From an uncultured Verrucomicrobiae bacterium (lineage in GTDB: Bacteria; Verrucomicrobiota; Verrucomicrobiia; Limisphaerales; Palsa-1400): a stretch of 64,000 nucleotides of DNA. Below the pieces are notes generated by a model, which worked only from the letters and a program-made list of their open reading frames with translations, ran no database searches and was not told the origin of the DNA. Where the stretch lies: positions 160,001 to 224,000 of the forward strand of contig CAVXRD010000001.1 of NCBI GenBank assembly GCA_963764165.1, given 5' to 3'. This document shows, in pieces, positions 37,671 through 45,257 of this stretch. Position 1 is the stretch's first letter. The number at the start of each line of letters is the position of its first letter. Position numbers and translations under genes: made by a program.

Positions 37671-40496
37671 TTTCTCTTCGTAGCCGGGCATGTCCGCCGA
37701 CTGCGGCTCCGGCCCGGTGTAGGCCAGTTCATAAGTGAAGCGGGCGGCGGTGCCTGGCAGCCGATGGCACAGGACGTATTCGAGGCTGACCAGCCGTTCC
37801 AGATGGCGGCGCACCTGCGCTTCGCCCCATTTCAACTGCTCGCGCATCTCGCGCCGGGTGAGCCGGACGCGCTCCGATGGCATTTTCTTTTCCTCAGCCA
37901 CTTTCTTGACCAGGCTGTGCAACACCGAAAGGAAGGCCCGCGTCGGCGGCGCCAGTTCGTCCAGGCTGCGCCCCATCACGCCCGCCGCCAGTTGCTGCGC
38001 CTGGCGCAAGTCCTCCTGATCGGCCTCGATGTATTGCACCACCTGGCCCCGGTGCTCGCAGCTTTTGACCGGCTTCTGGAACTGGCGCAAAAAGGCAATG
38101 GCCCGGATGAGTCCAAGATATTTCTTGTGGTCGCGGCGCAGGCGCAGGCGGTCGCTCGGAAAGCGCAGCGTCTCGGCAAACGGGATAATCACTTTCAGCG
38201 GTCGCAACAGCCGTTGGGCCGCGTGATGGGTCGCCAGCACGGCTTGCTTGTCGAGCCTGGAGAGCAGGCCCCGGAGCGTTTCGCTCTGGCGCTGGGCGTC
38301 GTGGATGCGCTGCGTTTGCTCGCGCTCCTCGTCCACCGAAAGCACCAAAAAGCGGTTGGCCAGCTCCTCGTCGAACTCGGCCTGCGTGCTGGTCATGAAC
38401 TGCGCCACCGGGCCTTCCACCGTTTTCAACTGCGTGCGCGGCATTCCGCCGTCCGGGTCTTTGACCGTCACGGCCAGCACCAGCTTTTTCTCGCTCTGCA
38501 AAATCTTGAGCGGATAGGCGGCGCTCTGGCTGCCCTCGTCCTCAACGACCGCCAGAACCTTGTGCTTCAACCCGTTTTCGGGAAGATAAAACAACGCCTG
38601 GGTGGTCATGGCCGTCAATGCCTCCTTGTCCTCGTCGGGCACAAAGTCAAGTATAGCGTTCAAGAGCGAGGATTTTCCGGCGGCGCTGCGGGCCACGATG
38701 AGGCCGGAAAGCGGGTCGTCCAGCTTGCGGCTGATGGCGATGAGGTAGCCCAAAAGCTTGTTGGTGTCCTCGCCCACCGTCCCGGCCAGCGCGAAGTCGG
38801 CCACGATGCGTTCCAAAAGCTTCGGCTCGCGCAACAGGGCCAGCGCCTTCATTTCCTCCTCCGGCGTCATGACGGGTGCGCCGGTGGCCGTGGCTTTCAT
38901 GCGTTCGATGATCTGCTTTTGCTGGTGTTCCTCCACCCGCACCAGGAGCTTGCTCAACTCGGCTTCGACGGTGTTCTTGTCCAGCCCGGCGACCTGCGCG
39001 GCCACGCTGGCAAAGCTGGCGCGGGCGCGGGCCTGGTAAAGATCGAGCGTGTCAACGTGCATGGCGTCATGCCGGATGAGGCGCAGATTGACCTTGAGGC
39101 TGTCAAAACTCGTATTGCTTGACAGTCCCCGGACGCGATAGACGCGGTCGCCTGCGCAGAGTTCGGCCACGCCATCGGGCAACATCTGAAAGCAAGCGGT
39201 GCTTGCATCCATTGCGCCTGATGGCGCAGGCGCTGCGCCGTTGCGTTCCGGCGTGTGTGCGCCGTTTGCTGACAGTGGCGCGATTTTCGGTGCCTGCAGA
39301 TCCACTGCGCCTGGCGGCGCGGGTTGGGCTGCGATTGCCTGGGCCGGTTCCGGCTCGGCTAAAGGAACAACCTGAATGGCGCTGACAACGTTCACCGGCA
39401 GCAGGCGGTAACTCTTGGCAAAGCATGAGGCCAGATCGCCTTTGGCGTCCTTGGATTGCCTCACCAAATCGTTGGCATCGGACTGGCGCGGCCATTCCAC
39501 CCGCCACGCCTCGATGCCCGCCGCTTCCAACTGGTGCGCCAGTTCGTTGGCGGCCGTGTTGCCTGGCTCGTCGCTGTCATAGCAGATCGTCACCCGGTCG
39601 GGACGGCACGCTTTCAACAGTTCCCAATGGCCGGGCGTGAACCCCCGGACGCCATAGCTCCAGGTCACGCTCTCGAACCCGTGGACGTAAAGGCTCAAGG
39701 CGTCAATGGCCGCTTCGCACAAAAGCCATTCGCGTTTGCCATGCAGTCCCGCCGCGTTCCACACCCCGCTGTGCTTTCCCGGCAGGTAAAGGTGCGGGCA
39801 GGCGTTGCGCACGGGCGCGGTGATGCGCCGCCCATACATTTCGCCGATGCCAGCCGTGGTGAGGACCGGGAACACGACGCATCCGGTCAGGTGCTCGTGG
39901 CCGCTCTCGCGCAGGATGCCCAGCCGCTGCAGCCGGTCGCGCAACGCCTTTCCCGCGCTCGTCCCTTCGGGCGGCAGCCGGTAGGCCAGCGTGCGGTTGG
40001 CGTAACCCAAACGAAAATGTTTGACAGATTCGGGGTGAAAGCAGCCCCGCTTTTGCAGGTATTGCATGGCGGCGGGCTGGTTCAAAAAGGTCTGGTGGTA
40101 AAAGTCGGCCACGCGCAAGAGCAGTTGGGCGTCGGTCACTTCCTCGCCGTCGCCGACCAGGCTGGCGTATTGCTTGCCCGATTTCGTTTTGACAGTCCCG
40201 GCCAGCGGCGTCCTGCCCTCCATTTCCAGCAGCCGCTCCACCGCCCGGCGGAAGGCGATTTTCTCCAGGCGCATGACCAGGTCAATGACGCTGCCCCCGC
40301 CGCAGCCAGCCAGGCAGTTCCACAGGTTTTTCTCCGGCGTGACGATGAACGAGGGTGTTTCGTCCTGATGGAACGGGCAGCGCGCCGCCAGGTCTTTGCC
40401 GTGCTTCTCCAGCTTGAGGCCGTAATGCTCGCAGAGGCGGGTCAGCGCAAACTCCGTTTTGAGCCGGGCCACTTCCTGTTCGCTAATCCATTTCAT
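37659..40496 (-). CDS. CHC2 zinc finger-TOPRIM primase with C-terminal P-loop ATPase, copy 1
   Basis: RCPFHQDETPS..WNCLAGC, LCEAAIDA, CYDSDEPG, ARSAAGKSSL. Confidence 0.9.
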   Translation of the reverse strand: MKWISEQEVARLKTEFALTRLCEHYGLKLEKHGKDLAARCPFHQDETPSFIVTPEKNLWNCLAGCGGGSVIDLVMRLEKIAFRRAVERLLEMEGRTPLAGTVKTKSGKQYASLVGDGEEVTDAQLLLRVADFYHQTFLNQPAAMQYLQKRGCFHPESVKHFRLGYANRTLAYRLPPEGTSAGKALRDRLQRLGILRESGHEHLTGCVVFPVLTTAGIGEMYGRRITAPVRNACPHLYLPGKHSGVWNAAGLHGKREWLLCEAAIDALSLYVHGFESVTWSYGVRGFTPGHWELLKACRPDRVTICYDSDEPGNTAANELAHQLEAAGIEAWRVEWPRQSDANDLVRQSKDAKGDLASCFAKSYRLLPVNVVSAIQVVPLAEPEPAQAIAAQPAPPGAVDLQAPKIAPLSANGAHTPERNGAAPAPSGAMDASTACFQMLPDGVAELCAGDRVYRVRGLSSNTSFDSLKVNLRLIRHDAMHVDTLDLYQARARASFASVAAQVAGLDKNTVEAELSKLLVRVEEHQQKQIIERMKATATGAPVMTPEEEMKALALLREPKLLERIVADFALAGTVGEDTNKLLGYLIAISRKLDDPLSGLIVARSAAGKSSLLNAILDFVPDEDKEALTAMTTQALFYLPENGLKHKVLAVVEDEGSQSAAYPLKILQSEKKLVLAVTVKDPDGGMPRTQLKTVEGPVAQFMTSTQAEFDEELANRFLVLSVDEEREQTQRIHDAQRQSETLRGLLSRLDKQAVLATHHAAQRLLRPLKVIIPFAETLRFPSDRLRLRRDHKKYLGLIRAIAFLRQFQKPVKSCEHRGQVVQYIEADQEDLRQAQQLAAGVMGRSLDELAPPTRAFLSVLHSLVKKVAEEKKMPSERVRLTRREMREQLKWGEAQVRRHLERLVSLEYVLCHRLPGTAARFTYELAYTGPEPQSADMPGYEEKSSA

Positions 40497-40918
40497 GGTG
40501 CTTGCGCACGGCCACCATTGAAGGAAACCCATTCGCCGGTTTTCGGGTTCCAGCATCCCCGCAGCCCGTCGGTGTCAAGAAGATGATGCCAGCGTCTTTC
40601 AGCGGTCGCGGGCGAACGGAGCGCGAGCTTGATCATGCGCTGGCCCCGGTCGTACCAGCCGCAGAGTGATTTAAGCCGGTCGTCCCATCCGTGCTGATAG
40701 GCTTCGCGCACGGTCAACCGTCCCAAGGCCGCCAGTTCCTTGCCCACGCCCGCCGCCAGCGCGTCCCGCTCCCAATCGTCCCAGGGATAATGGCCGTAAC
40801 TGCATTCGAGGACTTCCGAACCGAAGATGTCCAGCGGTCGCCGGAACTTTTTCATGGTGGGCCGTGGTCTGGCCAAACCCGTCAAGCCTGTTTCGGAAGA
40901 TTTTGACATGAGGCGCAT
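40493..40918 (-). CDS. Hypothetical protein, copy 1
   Basis: Identical protein at 48101-48526; ATGA overlap with the primase start. Confidence 0.65.
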   Translation of the reverse strand: MRLMSKSSETGLTGLARPRPTMKKFRRPLDIFGSEVLECSYGHYPWDDWERDALAAGVGKELAALGRLTVREAYQHGWDDRLKSLCGWYDRGQRMIKLALRSPATAERRWHHLLDTDGLRGCWNPKTGEWVSFNGGRAQAP

Positions 40919-40987
40919 TTAGCGGTATTTCGTATAACTGTGCAAGCACTTTCGTATATTTCGCCAGATTGCCTTTATGATTCGGAG
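40919..40987. promoter_or_regulatory. Divergent control region with repeated TTTCGTATA motifs
   Basis: AT-rich gap between divergent genes with two TTTCGTATA copies; same sequence at 48527-48595. Confidence 0.55.
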
Positions 40988-41359
40988 ATGACAACGGGAC
41001 GACCCGCATCGAAACCCCGCACTGTGTTGGGCCAGCGCATCTCCGAGGCTCGCCAGTTGGCTGGCCTGACTCAGCAGGCACTTGCCGACAAGGTCAACGT
41101 GTCTCAGCGCGTGATCGCCTACTGGGAGCGCGAAGCTGTTTCTTTGAGGGCAGACCAAATTAATGCTCTTGCCAGTGCGCTCAATGTGACGGCAGATGCT
41201 CTCCTGGGGCGCAAAGCCCCTCGCGGCGGCGGGCCGGTCGGAAAAGCACGGCGCATGTTTGAAGAAGTAAATAAACTGCCGCGTGACCGACAACAGCATG
41301 TTCTGCGCGTGGTCGAAGATCTGTTGAAAGCCAACCGTCCTGAAAAAGCAGCCGCTTAA
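40988..41359 (+). CDS. XRE-family HTH repressor, copy 1
   Basis: LGQRISEARQLAGLTQQALADKVNVSQRVIAYWER. Confidence 0.9.
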   Translation: MTTGRPASKPRTVLGQRISEARQLAGLTQQALADKVNVSQRVIAYWEREAVSLRADQINALASALNVTADALLGRKAPRGGGPVGKARRMFEEVNKLPRDRQQHVLRVVEDLLKANRPEKAAA

Positions 41360-41666
41360 ACGCCCGCCCCGTCCCCCGGGCAGTGGCGGAGTAGTGGGCG
41401 GATTCTGGGCGAGTAGTCAAGGATTGTGGCCCTGCCGCTTGACGGTCTGCCGGGCCTGTGCCATTGTCTCACCGTTGGAGCGATTGAAGAACGGCTTTGG
41501 TGTGTTTCCTTGGACGCCCGCGAGCGTCAGGTAAAGTTGTGATGCGTTTCTAAGTCTCCTCTCTTGTGTGGCCCGTGCGGCCTTTTCCCCGTTGGGGTTT
41601 TTTAACTGTTGGTTTCCAGCCTGGGCGCGGGTGCGTCCGGGCCTTGGTGACCCGCCGACTCGTGTG

Positions 41667-42185
41667 ATGCAAACGCCCGAAGCCTATCAGATTGGACGCA
41701 TTGGCTGGCAACTCTTTGGCACGCTGACTTTCAAGTCCGAGCGCCTGCCGGAAAGAGTTCGCCTGGCCATGTGGTTCGCTTATGCCCGTCAAACCGGCAA
41801 AAGGCTTGGGGTCAAGTTTCACCGCCTCCTGTGGTGCCTGCGCCAGGAACAAGGCGAGATCGGCGGACGCAGGCATTTTCATTATTTGATGGCAGAGCTT
41901 CCCCATGAGCAACTCTGCCCGGCGCTGAACTTCGAGCTGATGGCCCTCTGGCAATCGCTCGGCGGCGGCTGGGCCAGGGTGGCGCGTTACCGCAACGACC
42001 TCGACGGCGTCGGCTACGTGCTCAAGGGCCTGGGCTACGCTTCCGAAGCGGAGCAGCATTACGAGATGCGCAAGTTCGGAAGCCAGCGCTGCCACCTCAT
42101 TCTGTCGAACTCGGTGTGGCGCACCCTCCATCGAGCAAACCTCGGACGCCATCGCTCAGCGGCGGCTTCCGGGGCCATTCGGTAA
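41667..42185 (+). CDS. HUH endonuclease / rolling-circle Rep-like protein, copy 1
   Basis: Motif I FGTLTF, motif II RRHFHYLM, motif III YVLK. Confidence 0.75.
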   Translation: MQTPEAYQIGRIGWQLFGTLTFKSERLPERVRLAMWFAYARQTGKRLGVKFHRLLWCLRQEQGEIGGRRHFHYLMAELPHEQLCPALNFELMALWQSLGGGWARVARYRNDLDGVGYVLKGLGYASEAEQHYEMRKFGSQRCHLILSNSVWRTLHRANLGRHRSAAASGAIR

Positions 42186-42287
42186 CAGAGAGGCCGTCGG
42201 GCACAACCTTGGGCAATCGCTCAGTTGTGACACTTCGAGCGGGCCCTGCCGGGGGAGCGGCGCGTCAGCGCCGCCCCCCGGCGGGTT

Positions 42288-42447
42288 GCTTGAAGACCCA
42301 CTATGTACAGACCCGGTCAACCACCCTGGCGGTCGGATGCCAAAAGCCTGGCCGACACGGCTAAAAAGGAAAATGGCCACGCCCTTGCGTGGCCCTGCTC
42401 ACCCCCCATTCCCAAACAACTAGCCCAGCGGCAATGAGCGATTCAAA
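42288..42447 (+). repeat. Conserved ~160 bp non-coding element, copy 2
   Basis: See 34727; preceded by a GC hairpin at 42249-42281. Confidence 0.9.
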
Positions 42448-42467
42448 ATCCGGCGCGAAGCGTCCGA

Positions 42468-42962
42468 TTAAAAAAAAGGGGCAACAAAAACGATTGGCAC
42501 AAATATGAGAATGCTCAAGCCAAAAGCCAAAAGACAGTAAGGAACCCAGTGGAGAGTTTCGGACCGTAATGGTAAGTTACGCCTCGAAGTCAACAAAAAT
42601 CCCAAGAGAATACAGCAGACACAAACAAATGTTATAATCCCATCAGGAACACGATATAACAAAACACCCGTGACTCCGCCTACGCGCATTGTGCCGAAAA
42701 TGGTATCGTAACGACTACGCAGGTCGGGCTTTAACCAAAATTCAAAAAGCAGCACCACCGCGAGAACACAGATCGCATTCACTAAGAGCAACCCAATTAA
42801 ATGTCGATCCGGATTCTTGTGATTTTGTTGACACTTGATGAAGGCCAGGCAGGAAGTCGCAAAACACACAATGCCTAGGACGTACGAGATGCACGCCCAA
42901 TTCAACCATGCTGGCGCAATCTTCCCAAGCGTGTCATTCATAAGCACTGTGGCTATCATCAA
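42468..42962 (-). CDS. Putative membrane immunity protein (~4 TM) for toxin B
   Basis: Four hydrophobic stretches; 4 bp overlap with the toxin stop. Confidence 0.7.
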   Translation of the reverse strand: MMIATVLMNDTLGKIAPAWLNWACISYVLGIVCFATSCLAFIKCQQNHKNPDRHLIGLLLVNAICVLAVVLLFEFWLKPDLRSRYDTIFGTMRVGGVTGVLLYRVPDGIITFVCVCCILLGFLLTSRRNLPLRSETLHWVPYCLLAFGLSILIFVPIVFVAPFF

Positions 42963-43840
42963 GGTCTTTCTCCAAGGCCGGTTTCAAGACCTTGCTCGGT
43001 GCTGTTTGAGAACGGAATCATTTGTTGTGAGCCGGTTGACCAACTGAAACCAGAGAGCGAAAAGGGAAAGCCTTTCATCAGCCCGCCGGACTCATGTTCA
43101 GGAAAGTTCCGAACGCCTGCTCGATTTTCAATTGCATGGACAATCTCGTGCGATGCGATGTTTGCCGTCATAAAGGCATAGCTATTATCGGTTGCGCCGG
43201 TCGGCGCAGCCGCGTTTAAGCCTTTATCGATATTATCGGGATAAAGGTCAACGATGCTACCGTGCGTGTGACCGAGAACGGTGCCGCCACTTACATAGTC
43301 AATAAGGATGTTATATGTGTGCGTAGGTTGATCGAACCCAGCGGACACCCCCGCTGGCAAGCCTCCGTCTATCACCCGCAATTGAGTCGCCCGTTGGTAT
43401 TGTGATATTAAGGCCGATGTTTTCGACAAAATTCGGTCATGCACAGCTCTTTCATTAGCAGTCCCTCCGGGCGAAACATACACATTTACTGTTCCGACAT
43501 TTCCAGCCGTTTCTCGCCAGACGGAACAGACGGTGTGCGTAAACTCGACAGCCACAATAGTTACTAGGGCCGCAACGGTCAAACATTCAGTCAAATCATG
43601 TCCACTTGGGTCAATGTGATTGACGGGGTTTGCCTGGCAATAAAGATATTTATGAAGGCCCAACGGGTCGGTTTGGGTTCCCTCATAGGTATCCATCGTG
43701 ATACCGGCGACGTATGCGACTTTTTCCAACGCAGCCCCGGCGTCGTAGGCGGCCTGGCCCGCCCGCGTGAGCGCGTGCGCGTTGGACGGGGAAAGCCCGC
43801 CCAGGAGAACGGCTAAAAAGATGAACAGCCAGCGCATCAC
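42959..43840 (-). CDS. Signal peptide fused to orphan RHS tip B (zincin metallopeptidase)
   Basis: MMRWLFIFLAVLLGGLSPSNAHA; LHKYLYCQANPVNHIDPSG; HEIVH...H..GGLM (HExxH plus Met-turn-like). Confidence 0.8.
   Translation of the reverse strand: MMRWLFIFLAVLLGGLSPSNAHALTRAGQAAYDAGAALEKVAYVAGITMDTYEGTQTDPLGLHKYLYCQANPVNHIDPSGHDLTECLTVAALVTIVAVEFTHTVCSVWRETAGNVGTVNVYVSPGGTANERAVHDRILSKTSALISQYQRATQLRVIDGGLPAGVSAGFDQPTHTYNILIDYVSGGTVLGHTHGSIVDLYPDNIDKGLNAAAPTGATDNSYAFMTANIASHEIVHAIENRAGVRNFPEHESGGLMKGFPFSLSGFSWSTGSQQMIPFSNSTEQGLETGLGERP
43688..43709. other. Putative recombination (att) site B
   Basis: ggtatc-catcgt-gataccggcg, same junction as site A. Confidence 0.7.
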
Positions 43841-43901
43841 GATGCGGGCGATTTTAACGGGAAGAGCCGAATGGTTGCGAGCGGATTATTTGAGCGGGCC
43901 G

Positions 43902-45113
43902 CTAGGACGATTCTTCGATGGCTTCGGCTTCCAGCGCGGCCAGCAACTCAGCCCTGGCGGCCAGATCGGGAACGGAAGCGGGCGCGGCTGCGCCTGGGGC
44001 GGCTTCTGGCGCGTTGCCCGGTGCGATAAAGGCGAACTCGCCCTGCGCATCCGGCTTGGCTGCGGGTGGGGCGGTCGCGCTGTCGGTCGCAGTGGGCGCA
44101 GGGACTGCCTGCGGCATCTTGGCGGGATGAAAACGATCATGCACCACCTTGAGATGGGCAATGGCGACGTGGGTATAAACGCGCGTGCTCTCCAAAGAGG
44201 AATGGCCGAGCATGGCCTGGATGTAGCGAATGTCGCAGCCCGCCTCCAAAAGCTGCGTGGCCATCGTGTGGCGGAACAGGTGGCAACTGCCCCGGCGCGT
44301 GATGCCGGCGCTGCGAAAGATGTAGCGCACCTGCGAGCCAAGCCGGTTGGGATTGACGCGCACGCCCTTGGTGTTCACAAACACGGCGGGTTCGGCCACG
44401 GCGGAACAGAGCAGCGGTCGCGCTTCCAGCAGGTATTTTTCCAGCCACTGCAGGGCCCGGTCGCCAATCGGCACCACTCGGTCTTTGCCGCCCTTGCCCT
44501 GTTCTATCCAGACAAAGCCCCGGTCGAAGTCCACGTCGCCCTTGTTAAGTTGACAGAGTTCGGCCCGGCGCATTCCCGTCGAGTAGAGGACTTCCAGCGC
44601 GGCCCGGTTGCGCAACCCGGTGGGCTTGGAGAGATCAGGCACGTTCAACACCGATTCGATTTCAGCGGGCGAAAGCAGCGCGTGCGGCAGGCGGCGCGAG
44701 GTGCGCCCGTACTCGAGATCGCTGGCCGGATTGTAAAGTATAAGGCTTTGCTTGGTCAGCCAGCCGAAAAAACTGGCGATGATGCTGACGGCGTGGTTTT
44801 GCGTCTCGACCGCCAGCGGCTCGCCGTCCTTTTTCCGGTAGTGATAAAGGTAAGACTGATAATTGAAGATGACAGCGCGTGTGACCTGGCGGGCCTGGGT
44901 CAGCCCGGCCTGCTCGCAGAACGAACGGAAGGGCCGGAGCATTTTGCTGCGCGTGTAAACCGTCTGCGGCGAAAAGTGATGCACGCGCAAGTGTTCGAGG
45001 TAGCGGGCCATGAGGTAAAGCAGCCCCTGCGGGTCTTCATGGTGCGAGCCGCACGGGCCTGGCTTATGACGCGACAGGTCTTGTTCGGCCAGATGGGCGT
45101 AATAGGTTCTCAC
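43902..45113 (-). CDS. XerC-like tyrosine recombinase, copy 2
   Basis: Nearly identical to 36330-37526 apart from a short N-terminal insertion and the C-terminal tail. Confidence 0.93.
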   Translation of the reverse strand: MRTYYAHLAEQDLSRHKPGPCGSHHEDPQGLLYLMARYLEHLRVHHFSPQTVYTRSKMLRPFRSFCEQAGLTQARQVTRAVIFNYQSYLYHYRKKDGEPLAVETQNHAVSIIASFFGWLTKQSLILYNPASDLEYGRTSRRLPHALLSPAEIESVLNVPDLSKPTGLRNRAALEVLYSTGMRRAELCQLNKGDVDFDRGFVWIEQGKGGKDRVVPIGDRALQWLEKYLLEARPLLCSAVAEPAVFVNTKGVRVNPNRLGSQVRYIFRSAGITRRGSCHLFRHTMATQLLEAGCDIRYIQAMLGHSSLESTRVYTHVAIAHLKVVHDRFHPAKMPQAVPAPTATDSATAPPAAKPDAQGEFAFIAPGNAPEAAPGAAAPASVPDLAARAELLAALEAEAIEESS

Positions 45114-45189
45114 TGTTTTTCCTTTAGTTGTCCTCTCCTACGGCTGTTAAACCACTAACAGCTAAAGAGATAAGAGCGTCACGGACGGC

Positions 45190-45257
45190 TGACGATTTCA
45201 TGACGAAGCGTGACGAAAGATGGTTTGGGGATGACGATTTCCCCTTCATGCTGACGA
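45190..45257 (+). repeat. Helically phased TGACGA repeats, copy 2
   Basis: TGACGA at 45190, 45201, 45211, 45232, 45252. Confidence 0.75.

Larger units (their letters stand above)
36143..43699. mobile_element. Integrative element 1 (7.6 kb) carrying the metallopeptidase tip
   Basis: Bounded by direct repeats of GGTATCCATCGT; contains integrase, primase, XRE, HUH, toxin tip and immunity gene. Confidence 0.75.
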
